The position numbers were made by a program, and so were the translations under genes. Positions 27,404-37,958 of a stretch of 64,000 bases of DNA are shown in pieces. This DNA is from Candidatus Heimdallarchaeota archaeon (GTDB lineage Archaea > Asgardarchaeota > Heimdallarchaeia > Hodarchaeales > Hodarchaeaceae): the NCBI GenBank assembly GCA_020353515.1, contig CP070695.1:4561414-4625413 (forward strand). The letters run 5' to 3'. How positions within the stretch are numbered: the stretch's first letter is position 1; the number at the start of each line of letters is the position of its first letter. The notes beneath the pieces were generated by a model. That model saw only the letters and a list, made by a program, of their open reading frames with translations. It was not told the DNA's origin and made no database searches.

Positions 27404-28597
27404 ATGTCTGCAAAAGTTTACTTAGGTTCTCTTCAACATGGAACCAATGCTAAATTTGCCACTTTCGCTGCTAAGGTAGAAAAAATCGTTGAATTACTTG
27501 ATTTTTCAACTATCAAAAAGCAGGATAAGGTTGCTGTTAAGATGCATCTTGGATTTCAAGATGGTTTTCAAACAGTTCCAGTCTTCTTCGTTCGACGTAT
27601 TGTAAAAGCTATTAAAAAGGTTGGAGGCTGGCCTTTCATTACTGATAATCCTACAGCAGTTTACAATGCCGTTGAACGTGGTTATACGCAAGAAACATGT
27701 GGATGTCCTATTATACCTATCAGTGGAGTGAAAGACGGTTATAAAGTAGAAATGCGTGTTGATTACAAAAATGTAGATACAATGGATATGGCTGGAGTGC
27801 TACATGATGCTGATGCCTTGGTAGATTTGAGTCACATTAAGGGACATAATTCATGTGGGTTTGGTGGTGCTATCAAGAACATCGCAGTTGGGGGATACGC
27901 TGCACAAACACGTTGGAACAAGATCCATGGAGTAGAACAATCCATTCCTTATTGGGATCCAGAAAAGTGCTCTCCTGAACATGCGAAGAAGCTAGTACTC
28001 TCGTGTCCATACAAACAAATGAAATATGATGAAGAAAAACACAAACTCACAATTCCCTTTGATATGTGTAACCAATGCGATGAATGTTTAGAAGCAGATA
28101 AAGATGTGGGATGTTTAGAATATAAACAAGAGCATTTCTCGGCTTTCCAAGAATTATTAGCGATTGCAGCCAAAAATGTCTTGGATACATTTGAAGATGA
28201 GAAAAAGTTCTTCATCAGCTTCTTATTAGAAATAACTGCTATGTGCGATTGTTGGGGCTTCGCTCAACCCTGTGTGGTAAATGATATTGGAGTCTTAGGG
28301 AGTAGGGATATCGTGGCGATAGAAACCGCTGCTCTAGATCTCATTGCGCAAGAAGGTCTTATTGAAAAAAATGTTCCCCCTCACTTTAAGCATGCTAATC
28401 TAGACCCAACTGTGAATCTTCATCCGTTCCAACGCTTACATGGCAGATTCAAAAATCCATACTTAGCTGTTGAATTTACGAAAGAGCTTGGATTAGGAAC
28501 ACAAAAGTACGAACTAATAGAAGTCTTATCTCCAGAAGAAACAATGAAAGCAGAACCTCCTAAAGGTATAAGTGAACGTGATCCCTCATTTTATTAG
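27404..28597 (+). CDS. DUF362 family Fe-S protein
   Basis: KVAVKMHLG, SHIKGH..GFGGAIKNI, ferredoxin-like CPY..CNQCDEC, MCDC, DIGVLGSRDIVAIETA. Start placed at the ATG of MSAKV. Confidence 0.85.
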   Translation: MSAKVYLGSLQHGTNAKFATFAAKVEKIVELLDFSTIKKQDKVAVKMHLGFQDGFQTVPVFFVRRIVKAIKKVGGWPFITDNPTAVYNAVERGYTQETCGCPIIPISGVKDGYKVEMRVDYKNVDTMDMAGVLHDADALVDLSHIKGHNSCGFGGAIKNIAVGGYAAQTRWNKIHGVEQSIPYWDPEKCSPEHAKKLVLSCPYKQMKYDEEKHKLTIPFDMCNQCDECLEADKDVGCLEYKQEHFSAFQELLAIAAKNVLDTFEDEKKFFISFLLEITAMCDCWGFAQPCVVNDIGVLGSRDIVAIETAALDLIAQEGLIEKNVPPHFKHANLDPTVNLHPFQRLHGRFKNPYLAVEFTKELGLGTQKYELIEVLSPEETMKAEPPKGISERDPSFY

Positions 28598-28735
28598 TTA
28601 TCGATCTGTTTAAAAGAATGTACGAATTTAATCAGAATAATATTGTTTGGAGTGAACCATTCATCAGCCTAAAAAATAAATTCTTTAAAACAACGTAATT
28701 ATCTGTTTCTTAGGTAATAAACTGAGGTAGTAAAG

Positions 28736-29215
28736 ATGAGTGATGTAAGTAGTGGATTAATCAAACTCGCTTATCGAGGTGTAGCTGGGGTTTTCGTCTT
28801 ACTTTTCATGTTTGTATTTGGAGTCGTGGGTATTGCCCTTGGATTTGCTGGTGGTCTTATCACTGCCTTATCCTGGATTCCTTTGGCTTATCCAGAAATA
28901 TTAACACAAGTTCCAGTTATAATGATGGGTGAACAAAGTGTCACAGACCCAGTCATTGCTACATTAATTTTGGTAATCGCAGGTCTTCTTCTTTTAGCCA
29001 TTGGCTTTTTGTTTTTAGCAATAACTTACATGATTGGGAAAGGAGCAATCATTGTGGATAAAGAACTTGCTAGTATTGTAGATAACGCCTTTTCAGGTGC
29101 AGGGAAAGATCGGATAACTCGTTTAGAGCGATTAGCTGCTTTACGTAACAGTGGTGTTCTATCAGAGAAGGAATTTGAACGAGAAAAATCATTGATTCTA
29201 GAACCTGAGGAATAA
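28736..29215 (+). CDS. Membrane protein with C-terminal SHOCT domain
   Basis: Hydrophobic helices followed by RLERLAALRNSGVLSEKEFEREKSLIL. Confidence 0.82.
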   Translation: MSDVSSGLIKLAYRGVAGVFVLLFMFVFGVVGIALGFAGGLITALSWIPLAYPEILTQVPVIMMGEQSVTDPVIATLILVIAGLLLLAIGFLFLAITYMIGKGAIIVDKELASIVDNAFSGAGKDRITRLERLAALRNSGVLSEKEFEREKSLILEPEE

Positions 29216-29236
29216 AACGAATTCCCCCCCTTTTTT

Positions 29237-29932
29237 TTATATTTTAATTTTCATGGGTTCCTTTATTTTAGGAATTATGACGTTGAGACCAGGCATTTCT
29301 TTTCGTGCTAGAGTCTTAAACTTCTCCATTTGGTCTTGGTTACCATGCATTGTCACTATGACTTTCGGTGTAACGTCCAAAGCCATCTTAAGAGCATTTT
29401 CTGGAGAACAACTAGGTGAGGGAGCACCAGTGGGTAGAAAAGCTAGATCTGCGTGGTATTTTTTCAATGGTATATATCCAGAGTCCCCCCCATGAAAGAT
29501 ACTGAATTCAGGCCATTTCATTTTGAATAAGGTTATTGACCCAGGATGGACTCCACTAACAGAAGAAATCTCAATGCCATCAATTGATAGTTTTTCACCT
29601 TTGATTAAAGATTTCAACTTATCAACAGGAATCTCTTTTTCTAATTCTTTAGCAACCTGGGGATCCGCAATTACCTTAGCACCAGAAACTTTGAAAATAC
29701 TTGCAGTTGTTTCAAGATCAAAATGGTCTCTGTGTCCATGAGTATTTAACTGCAGATCAAGATTTTTTAGAGCTTTTATCTGGTCTTCGCTATCTAAACA
29801 TATTTTACACATATCTATGGCAATAGTATTATCTTTCGTTTTTAGAATAACACCTGAAAAGCCAAAATAAATAAAACCTATTTCATTCTTCTCTATTGGC
29901 AACGAAAATAATTCTGTGATTGGATTAGACAT
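29237..29932 (-). CDS. Metallo-beta-lactamase-fold hydrolase
   Basis: THGHRDH, GVH, FHGGDSG, TMHG metal-binding motifs. Confidence 0.88.
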   Translation of the reverse strand: MSNPITELFSLPIEKNEIGFIYFGFSGVILKTKDNTIAIDMCKICLDSEDQIKALKNLDLQLNTHGHRDHFDLETTASIFKVSGAKVIADPQVAKELEKEIPVDKLKSLIKGEKLSIDGIEISSVSGVHPGSITLFKMKWPEFSIFHGGDSGYIPLKKYHADLAFLPTGAPSPSCSPENALKMALDVTPKVIVTMHGNQDQMEKFKTLARKEMPGLNVIIPKIKEPMKIKI

Positions 29933-30011
29933 TTAATCGAACACCTCATAATCCACAGCCTTCTAAACATAATTTCTTTAAAAACTCATAGATCACTAAA
30001 TCAGCTCAATC

Positions 30012-30575
30012 CAAATTGAAACTCTAGACTTAACACTCCTACAAGCTTGTCTAAATTTTCAGAACTTAATATTATCTGATAATCCAATCAAAAAAAATTG
30101 AGTTAGATCCATTACAACATTGTCCCGATCTGAAAAGACTATATTTAAACAGGAACCAAATGGAGACACTCGATCTCCACTACAAGATTGCTCTAATTTT
30201 CAAGAATTATTTTTAAGTGAAAACCAAATTAAAAATATTGATCTAGACCCCCTAAAGGAATGTCCTGATCTCAAACTTCTAATGCTTAATGATAATCAGA
30301 TAGAAAAACTAGATCTCAATCCCATTAAACACTGTCCCAACTTAAGGGAGATAAACCTCTCAAATAACCATTTAAAAGAGATTAGCCTCTCTCCCTTAGA
30401 AACCCATTCCTCGATAGAAGATATAAACTTAGCAAAGAATAATTTGAAGACAATTGATACATCATCGTTGGTAGACTGTCCATCCCTTAGAACAGTAAGG
30501 TTAGAGAAAAACCCATTCGAAAATCGACCGTTTCTCATTGTAAAACAACAGGAATTACCATTCCTTAAACTCTAA
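30012..30575 (+). pseudogene. Leucine-rich-repeat protein, 5' part disrupted by at least two frameshifts
   Basis: 22-aa LRRs (LxLxxNQIxxLDLxPLxxCPxL) in the track ORF continue upstream in two other frames: QIETLDLTLLQACLNFQNLILSDNPIK and IELDPLQHCPDLKRLYLNRNQMETLDL. Confidence 0.8.
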
Positions 30576-30735
30576 AGCGAAAAGTATTACCGACAACAGT
30601 ACTCGCTTCAAGCAAAAATCATTGCTTTATAATGACATTATAGTCGTTTCCTTGATGATAACCCATATAAAGGGGGTACTATATGAAACCTCTCAGAGTA
30701 ATAAGCTGATTTTAATCTGTATTGAGGTTTTAGAA

Positions 30736-31935
30736 ATGACTAGCTCAAAAAAATTCATGGATATTGACATGAAATTTGGTGCACACAATTATCATCCCAT
30801 TCCTGTTGTTGTAGCAAAAGCTCAGGGTGTTTGGGTATACGATCCAGAAGGAAAAAAGTATTTAGACTGCTTGTCTGCTTACTCAGCCGTCAATCAAGGC
30901 CATGTACATCCGAAAGTTGTCAAAGCATTGAAAGATCAACTCGAACGAGTTGCTTTAACCTCTCGCGCTTTTCACAATGATCGGATGGGGCTTTATTTGA
31001 AACATTTACTAGATGTTTGCGGGGAAGGATTTGATATGGCCCTTCCTATGAACACTGGAGCAGAAGCAGTTGAAACTGCCATCAAAATGGTTCGACGCTG
31101 GGGTTATGAGGTTAAAAAGGTTGAACATAACAAAGCAGAGATCATTGTATGTGCCGAAAATTTTCATGGAAGAACAACAACCATTGTAGGATTTTCTACT
31201 GATCCTCTTGCCAATAGAAATTTTGGTCCTTACACTCCTGGGTTCAAAATTATTCCTTTTGATGATCCTGAGGCTTTAGAGAAAGCAATTACTCCAAACA
31301 CAGTAGCTTTCTTAGTAGAACCTATCCAAGGAGAAGCAGGTGTTATTGTACCAACAGATGGATATCTGAAGAAAATACGAGACATTTGTACGAAAAATAA
31401 TATTCTCCTAGTACTTGATGAAATACAGACTGGGTTCGGACGGACTGGAAAGATGTTTTGTCATCAACATGAAGGTATTATTCCTGATGTTATGACTTTA
31501 GGAAAAGCTCTTGGAGGAGGATTGCTCCCAGTTTCTGCTGTTGTTTCTCGAAAAGAGATAATGAAGGTCTTTATTCCTGGATCTCATGGGTCCACGTTTG
31601 GTGGTTTTCCTCTAGCATGTGCAGTTGGAGAAGCTGCACTGGATGTTCTAGTCGAGGAGAAGCTAGCTGAACGATCAGCAGAATTAGGAGCATATTTTCT
31701 CGAAGAGCTGAAAAAAATCAACCATCCACGTATTAAAGAAGTTAGAGGAAAAGGATTATTCACTGCTGTGGAACTCCATGAAAAAGCACGACCACTAACT
31801 GAGAAACTCATTGAAGAAGGTATATTAGCCAAAGAAACTCATGACTTTACTATTCGATTTGCTCCTCCTCTTATTATCACAAAAGAAGAATTGGATTGGG
31901 CGTTAACAATAATTAAAAAAGTTCTTGGATCATGA
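30736..31935 (+). CDS. rocD: Ornithine aminotransferase (class III PLP aminotransferase)
   Basis: [66 protein letters not shown]. Start placed at ATG 30736 after a GAGGT RBS. Confidence 0.95.
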   Translation: MTSSKKFMDIDMKFGAHNYHPIPVVVAKAQGVWVYDPEGKKYLDCLSAYSAVNQGHVHPKVVKALKDQLERVALTSRAFHNDRMGLYLKHLLDVCGEGFDMALPMNTGAEAVETAIKMVRRWGYEVKKVEHNKAEIIVCAENFHGRTTTIVGFSTDPLANRNFGPYTPGFKIIPFDDPEALEKAITPNTVAFLVEPIQGEAGVIVPTDGYLKKIRDICTKNNILLVLDEIQTGFGRTGKMFCHQHEGIIPDVMTLGKALGGGLLPVSAVVSRKEIMKVFIPGSHGSTFGGFPLACAVGEAALDVLVEEKLAERSAELGAYFLEELKKINHPRIKEVRGKGLFTAVELHEKARPLTEKLIEEGILAKETHDFTIRFAPPLIITKEELDWALTIIKKVLGS

Positions 31936-31951
31936 CACGAATTCTTGGTTT

Positions 31952-32602
31952 TCATCCCCATATAAGTATTACAAGCAGAAAAATCCCTAAAAGACCTGTG
32001 ATCAAACCATTAAAGAACAACCACCATCGTGATGCATGGAGTGGAAGAGTTCTCCTCATTTCCCAAGTATCTCTCTCCTTTTCACTCTTTACAGGCATTT
32101 TAAATGGTAAGTGGATCAGATAGGTTCCTTGGAGTGCCTTAATTGTCTCCATTCCAGTTAATCCTGACACAAATCCACCAACTAACATTGCGGTTGTACG
32201 GGTCACTCCTTTTTCTTTTACCTCTTTCTCGGGATCAACACTTGGAAAGAGATCCAGTAACAAATGAGATGCGAATCCTAGAAAGAAGGGAGTGAAAACC
32301 AGTGCCAAAATAAGAATCTCCTCAGGAAAACCCATAAATTTTTGAATAAAAAAAGTTATAGCGATAATTAGGGGAATAAATACACTATGAGTAGCTATAT
32401 CCCTATGATGCATCCAATTCAATAGTAAATCCCAATCAGGAGCCTCTGCCCCAATTAGTGCCATAAGAAAGGCGGTAACAATCCATAACGGTGAGATTTC
32501 TTTAAGTTCTGAGATATAATTCATATTAACAAACCAGTAGATCACGATATAAATCAGAAATACGATTATTGCGGTTATTAAGTGCCATTTTCGATTTGCC
32601 AT
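31952..32602 (-). CDS. Membrane-bound metal-dependent hydrolase (YdjM-like)
   Basis: N-terminal H, PDWD, HHRDIATHS, SHLLLD within TM helices. Confidence 0.78.
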   Translation of the reverse strand: MANRKWHLITAIIVFLIYIVIYWFVNMNYISELKEISPLWIVTAFLMALIGAEAPDWDLLLNWMHHRDIATHSVFIPLIIAITFFIQKFMGFPEEILILALVFTPFFLGFASHLLLDLFPSVDPEKEVKEKGVTRTTAMLVGGFVSGLTGMETIKALQGTYLIHLPFKMPVKSEKERDTWEMRRTLPLHASRWWLFFNGLITGLLGIFLLVILIWG

Positions 32603-32742
32603 TTGACGTTGCCATCCTTGATTTTTCTTTTCAGCAATTCATCTCTACCTTTAATTTATTTCTGTTTGCTCCCAAAATTGCTTTATAATCCTCTCAATTA
32701 TTGGTTTATAAAAGACCATAATGATAATGAGGATCGTTACAT

Positions 32743-33243
32743 ATGATGGACTGGAAACACTTACGGCCAGCAGTCTGGCCAGGCTCAGAAATGCAGAAAT
32801 GTATTCCACAGGGGGATGTTCAACCTAATGGTATTGATATATCCATTGGGAAATTATTCAAATTAACTGGAGAAGTCAAACTGATTTCTGAGAAAAAAAT
32901 ACGAAAATATCCTGAACTGCATGAATTGGAGCCTCTTAACAGCTTTTGGTGCTTGGATCCTGGATCTTATCTTGTTGAGGTAGCAGAAGAAATTATGATC
33001 CCCAATGACGCTATTGGTTATGTTGCACCTCGCTCAACACTACTTCGGATGGGAGCGACTGTTTATTCTGGAATATGGGACAAAGGATTTCAAGGTGTTG
33101 GAAACAATCGTGGAAGAATTCTATTACAAACCTCTTTACCCTTTCAAATTCATATCTCTGTTGCCATCGCTCAAATGATCTTCATAAGTGCGGTTGATGA
33201 TAAAACAGTTTATCAGGGAAACTACCAACCCACTTCAAAATAA
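32743..33243 (+). CDS. dut: Archaeal-type dUTPase (dCTP deaminase/dUTPase family)
   Basis: QPNGID, PRSTLLRMG, WDKGFQG, IAQMIF, YQGNYQ. Confidence 0.82.
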   Translation: MMDWKHLRPAVWPGSEMQKCIPQGDVQPNGIDISIGKLFKLTGEVKLISEKKIRKYPELHELEPLNSFWCLDPGSYLVEVAEEIMIPNDAIGYVAPRSTLLRMGATVYSGIWDKGFQGVGNNRGRILLQTSLPFQIHISVAIAQMIFISAVDDKTVYQGNYQPTSK

Positions 33244-33287
33244 TTTGAATTTGAAAAAGGGAATCTTACAGAGAAACCCAAAGAAGC

Positions 33288-33578
33288 TTAGGAAGAGATA
33301 ATCCGGAATATCTGAGGTGAAATTCTCTCTGAATGGCATTCAGGGCATTTATGAGGATCAGATATTCGAGATCTGCCCGAAAAAGTATAATTACAATTCA
33401 TACAGACTGCGGGTCTAACCTCGATCCTTTTATTGTCATATCGGATTGTTTTTCTCACCGAATCTAAATCCTGAGCAACGACTTTTACTGGAACGTTCGT
33501 TAAATCCGCTAATTCCAATAAAGTCTTTCCTTCATTCTCAGATAGAAGCTCTACTATCTTTTCTCTCCGCGTTTTCAT
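33288..33578 (-). CDS. Archaeal HTH plus Zn-ribbon transcriptional regulator
   Basis: TRREKIVELL HTH; PAVCMNCNYTF...PHKCPECHSERI. Confidence 0.88.
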   Translation of the reverse strand: MKTRREKIVELLSENEGKTLLELADLTNVPVKVVAQDLDSVRKTIRYDNKRIEVRPAVCMNCNYTFSGRSRISDPHKCPECHSERISPQIFRIISS

Positions 33579-33729
33579 AACTTTTCAACTCTTTCTTTTG
33601 TGATCAGAATAAGTGCAGATAAGAAGTGTGTAAAGAAGAGGATTGTATCAATATAAGCGATTTTCAGATTTATGTAAAGTCTTTTCTACAAAGACAGAGC
33701 GAATGAAAGACAACATTATGGGACTTGAA

Positions 33730-34122
33730 TTAAGCTTCATTCTCCTCTAATGTTTCTTCTTCTATCACAGGTAAAATTATTTTGAGAGGCCCATATTGAA
33801 TGGTTGGTAACGTTATTACGTCATATAACGAACTATTTGAAGGTATTCTTGAAATATTACTCATCCTGGCTATATAACTCACTCCTGCAATTGTAACAAG
33901 TACTGGACTCCAATATAAGAAGAAAAAAATATTTAGGCTCATAGGATTAAACCAGTGACTTGATAACCAATTAAAATATTCAAACAAACGATAAGGGGAT
34001 TGTAGCACTGTAAAGAAAAACAGAATATATGGTAAAATTAAATAGACACCTAAAAATATCTTTGCTACTACAATTAAATTCTTCTGTTGTAAGTTTTTTT
34101 CTTGATTTAATTGATTATTCAT
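33730..34122 (-). CDS. Two-TM membrane protein, tandem paralog A
   Basis: Two TM helices; C-terminal tail nearly identical to that of 34141..34542. Confidence 0.75.
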   Translation of the reverse strand: MNNQLNQEKNLQQKNLIVVAKIFLGVYLILPYILFFFTVLQSPYRLFEYFNWLSSHWFNPMSLNIFFFLYWSPVLVTIAGVSYIARMSNISRIPSNSSLYDVITLPTIQYGPLKIILPVIEEETLEENEA

Positions 34123-34300
34123 ATTGAATCAAACCCGTGATTACTTTAGATATGAATCCTTTTTGGAAACTTCATTCTCCTCTAATGTTTCTTCTTCTAT
34201 CACAGGAAATATTATTTTTAGTGGCCCATATTGAATGGTTGGTAACGTTATTACATCATATAAAGAAGAGTTCAAAGGTATTCTCGAAATATTAGTCATC
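33735..34300. repeat. Imperfect direct repeat of about 131 bp (33735-33865 and 34170-34300)
   Basis: Both copies read cttcattctcctctaatgtttcttcttctatcacagg...ggcccatattgaatggttggtaacgttattac; offset 435 bp. Confidence 0.9.
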
Positions 34301-34542
34301 CGAATTATATAAGCAAAAATACCGACAACCATCAGTACTGGTCCCCAAAGAAAAGTCAAAACTACAAAAATCACCAATGGTGAAAAGAACTCATTCAACC
34401 AAACTGCTGGATCAAATGCAATTAAAACCAAATACAGCACGAAAGAGACTATTAAATCCAGTAATATGATGTTCTTAATTAACTTCCCAGATGAATGCCT
34501 ACTATAGACATCTTGTTTAAATATGGGCCGATTCTCCATCAT
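34141..34542 (-). CDS. Two-TM membrane protein, tandem paralog B
   Basis: Two TM helices; shared tail RMxNISRIPxNSSLYDVITLPTIQYGPLKIIxPVIEEETLEENE. Confidence 0.75.
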   Translation of the reverse strand: MMENRPIFKQDVYSRHSSGKLIKNIILLDLIVSFVLYLVLIAFDPAVWLNEFFSPLVIFVVLTFLWGPVLMVVGIFAYIIRMTNISRIPLNSSLYDVITLPTIQYGPLKIIFPVIEEETLEENEVSKKDSYLK

Positions 34543-34664
34543 TAATCAGACTTATTAGAAATTTTCAGTAATTAATATTTTATGGTACAATTATTAAAAT
34601 TTAAGATTATCCATTGGAACGAATCGCTATTTCTATTCTGCATATTTTGACACAACCATTTCCG

Positions 34665-34685
34665 AGAGAAAAAAGTTTTTTCTCT
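34665..34685. promoter_or_regulatory. Perfect 10-bp inverted repeat in a divergent intergenic region (possible operator)
   Basis: AGAGAAAAAA-G-TTTTTTCTCT. Low complexity; function inferred only. Confidence 0.3.
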
Positions 34686-34765
34686 GCGAAAAACCGATAA
34701 TTATTAGGTATAATATTTCACAAAAAAAGACAGAATTGTCCTAATAGTAATTTTTCCCTGTTTAT

Positions 34766-36106
34766 TTGGTGGTATTCATGTTTGAAATGCTTTTTATTGG
34801 TTTATTTGTAGCTGGTGCCATTTATGTTGTATTCTTTTTAATCTACTCCACTATCAAGGAAGAAAAGGATTTTTCTCTTGATGTATATCGTTATCTCAGT
34901 CGACGATATAATAAAACTGTCGTAGTCGATTACGGGGGACTTTCTTCTGATCCAATCATACAATCTCGTGATGCTGGTCCATTTAAACTTATTGAAGTCA
35001 AGGTAGTAACAGAAAAAGGAGGAAAAACAACTGATCAAGATCTAATTTTACGTGGGGAAGTTGATCCTCAAAAATTTAAAAAAGGGGAGAAATCAGCCAA
35101 CCTTTCCCTCAGTCCTCAACTGCGATGGAAAAAACTTGCCCACGATATTGTTATTGGTATTCCCCGACTTGATGACCGTTTTATTATTTCCTCTGATGAT
35201 CCTTTTTTCCCTCGATTCATATTGACTACAGATCTCGGTGATCTCATCCAGAAGAGTTTTGATCTAGAGGAATATTTCATTAGATGGATGGGTGACAGTC
35301 CTATAGTTCAGGTACGAATGGAAACGATGAGTTCCAACAGTTTTATCCAAGCTTTCAATATCCTCCTTGGGACAATCGGCGCGCTTTCTGAAAAAGGCTA
35401 TCTTTCCCGGACTGGTGTCAAAAAGAAAAAGAGGGAATTTCATATTCCTTCTCCATCACATGAAGAGAAAAAACCATTATCTATTCCTTTTGAATCAGTT
35501 CAATTGCAAGTAGAGAAGAAACTAGAAATAACTAAATCAGGAGAAGAGACCTCGAAGCCAGAAACGCCTGTTATTGGCTGGGAGTCTCTTCCAGAGGATT
35601 CACTAATGCTTGAAAAACCAATTGAAAAGGAATCAATTGAAAGTCCATATAAGTCTCTTTTTACCTCTATACAATATCAAGCTAAGAAAATCGAGTACGA
35701 ACGTGATCGTGTCAGAATATTAACCTTCTCAAGAGCTTCTGAAGAAATCTTTGTCACTTTTCCACAGGAAAATAAAGCACACTTCACAACTTTGGTGGAT
35801 CGCTCTCCACCAGCAGAATTTGAGCTCCAAATTGAGTATCAGGGACAAGCGCGGCAAACAGATTGGAGTAATGCATGGAAAGACATCAAAATAGTTGGAC
35901 CTCCAGATATTATAGAAAAATTGCAAATACGAACAGGAATTGCTCACCGAATTGCAAATACTGGTGAAATAAGGGCAATAGTGAGAGGTCATCCTGATAA
36001 AAAGTTAGAATGTGAATTAACAGTTGTTAAAACAATAAGAGGTATTAATGCAGGGTATTCTCTACTAAAAGATATTATTTGGTTTTTCGAGATGATTTTC
36101 ATGTAA
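34766..36106 (+). CDS. Single-pass membrane protein, hypothetical
   Basis: N-terminal TM; two soluble alpha/beta regions separated by a P/E/K-rich linker. Confidence 0.75.
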   Translation: MVVFMFEMLFIGLFVAGAIYVVFFLIYSTIKEEKDFSLDVYRYLSRRYNKTVVVDYGGLSSDPIIQSRDAGPFKLIEVKVVTEKGGKTTDQDLILRGEVDPQKFKKGEKSANLSLSPQLRWKKLAHDIVIGIPRLDDRFIISSDDPFFPRFILTTDLGDLIQKSFDLEEYFIRWMGDSPIVQVRMETMSSNSFIQAFNILLGTIGALSEKGYLSRTGVKKKKREFHIPSPSHEEKKPLSIPFESVQLQVEKKLEITKSGEETSKPETPVIGWESLPEDSLMLEKPIEKESIESPYKSLFTSIQYQAKKIEYERDRVRILTFSRASEEIFVTFPQENKAHFTTLVDRSPPAEFELQIEYQGQARQTDWSNAWKDIKIVGPPDIIEKLQIRTGIAHRIANTGEIRAIVRGHPDKKLECELTVVKTIRGINAGYSLLKDIIWFFEMIFM

Positions 36107-36338
36107 GTAGTGATCTGTATAAAACAGGGATAATCGATTTTGCAATAAAACAACAAAGATAAATCTAATAAGGAGAAAGTATTGTTCTCTCTTACTTTGG
36201 AAAAGCTATTAAAACTAAGCCTTTTAAAACGACTAAATTCAGAACTTTCGGACAAACTCTCGAGTAAAGCATATTAAAAATCATTAGATAAACTACCTGT
36301 CTTTGAAAGCATAAACAAACTTTGATGAGAGATAACCT

Positions 36339-36965
36339 TTGACAGTTCTCAAAATTGTACTAATTGGCGATGGTGGCGTTGGAAAAACTGCTATCCGGGA
36401 GAGATACCTTGGAAAAGGTTTTAAAGCCCAATATCTCTTGACCATTGGTGCGGATTTCGCCATGAGGGACGATACAATTCGAGGGGATTCTGTTCGATAC
36501 CAAATATGGGACTTAGCAGGACAACAACGATTTGATGCAGTTAGAGAAGTATATTATAAGGGAAGCGTCGGAGCACTGCTTGTATATGATGTTACACGCC
36601 CTGATTCCTACTTCAACACCCCCAAATGGATAAATGAACTTTGGACAAATAATGGTAGGGGTAGAGTGCCCATTGTGGTAGTCGCAAACAAAATTGATAT
36701 GCGAGAACTATCCGATGACACAGTGTCTCCAGAACAAGGGAGGGTCTTTACTGAACGACTTACTAAGCTAACCAGACCAGAAGGTTTTGATTGTTATTAC
36801 ATCGAAACTTCAGCTAAGACTGGAGTAAACATTCAAGCTGCTTTCACACTACTCGGTGAGAACATTATGAGATTTGTAAGCAGACAACGTAAAACAAGTC
36901 GAACATCAACAAGCCGTTTACGAGCAGCAGCTCAGCAACAAAGATCGCATTCAAGACGATACTAG
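36339..36965 (+). CDS. Rab-like small GTPase with polybasic C-terminal tail
   Basis: GDGGVGKT, TIGADF, WDLAGQ, NKID, ETSAKTG. Confidence 0.95.
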   Translation: MTVLKIVLIGDGGVGKTAIRERYLGKGFKAQYLLTIGADFAMRDDTIRGDSVRYQIWDLAGQQRFDAVREVYYKGSVGALLVYDVTRPDSYFNTPKWINELWTNNGRGRVPIVVVANKIDMRELSDDTVSPEQGRVFTERLTKLTRPEGFDCYYIETSAKTGVNIQAAFTLLGENIMRFVSRQRKTSRTSTSRLRAAAQQQRSHSRRY

Positions 36966-36995
36966 CTCATTTTTTCGCTCTAGGGATTTAATATT

Positions 36996-37703
36996 CTAAA
37001 ACAGTGACCTAAAGTAAACTAGGATGTGTTTCAGACTAATTTTCGATTCTCCTGCTTCTCGAGTTTGAAAAGTATAAGAAAATTCCCCAATAGAGGTTTT
37101 CCTTGGTAGAACCTTTAACATATCGAATAACAACTTATAACCTTTAGGAGAAACAGTTTTTGGATGTTGGTCAAGAATCTCGGCTATAAATTGAGTTTCC
37201 CCCCCAAAGAAACCACTCATAATATCTTTCGGGCGAGGTCGTCGTCTTATTAGCAGAGAGATTTTACCAAGTGTAGTAGCTCCCCAAGAAATTAGCTTAC
37301 GCCGAAAACCCCACCCTTCAACACTTGATCGGCTTCCAATAACCAATTGATTTCCTTCTGACAATAAAAGAAGGCCATCAGCAATTCTTTCTGGGGGATG
37401 TTGAAAATCACAATCAATAACAAAAAAAAAGTCAGTTGAAGTAATTTTAATCGCATCTACTAGGGATATTGTTAATCCTTTGACAGGTTCATCCTTACGA
37501 TCTAGAAAGCGAATTTTGGGGTTTTTATTCCCCCAATTTCTCACAATTTCTGCAGTTTTATCAGTAGAGCCATCATCAGCCACAATAATCGAAACTTGAG
37601 GGTATAATGATACCAATCGAGTTATCATTCTATCAATATTACTCTCTTCATTCAATGTGGGAGTAATGACAGTTAATCGGGCAGTAGAAGGTGTTTGATC
37701 CAT
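36996..37703 (-). CDS. GT2 glycosyltransferase, dolichol/polyprenol-phosphate mannosyltransferase (DPM1-like)
   Basis: PTLNE, DDGSTD, DCDFQHPP, GSR, DIMSGFF, REAGESK. Confidence 0.9.
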   Translation of the reverse strand: MDQTPSTARLTVITPTLNEESNIDRMITRLVSLYPQVSIIVADDGSTDKTAEIVRNWGNKNPKIRFLDRKDEPVKGLTISLVDAIKITSTDFFFVIDCDFQHPPERIADGLLLLSEGNQLVIGSRSSVEGWGFRRKLISWGATTLGKISLLIRRRPRPKDIMSGFFGGETQFIAEILDQHPKTVSPKGYKLLFDMLKVLPRKTSIGEFSYTFQTREAGESKISLKHILVYFRSLF

Positions 37704-37958
37704 ATAAATCCCACATAAGACAAGAAATTCTTATAATACTTTGTTTATAAAAATTTAAAAGATTTACTTCATTCCTGTAAGCTCAAGAAATATATATCAG
37801 AGGAGACCTTTGGTTAAAATCTTTTTTTTTCTTTTTCTTTTATTTTCTTTCGTCATCGAAATAGCATTTGCGGAGAACTTGAATGTGTAAGCTTTTTTAG
37901 CATTGATTTTGGAAATACATCTAAAGAATATACACATTCAAAGCTAGGGATTTCATTC

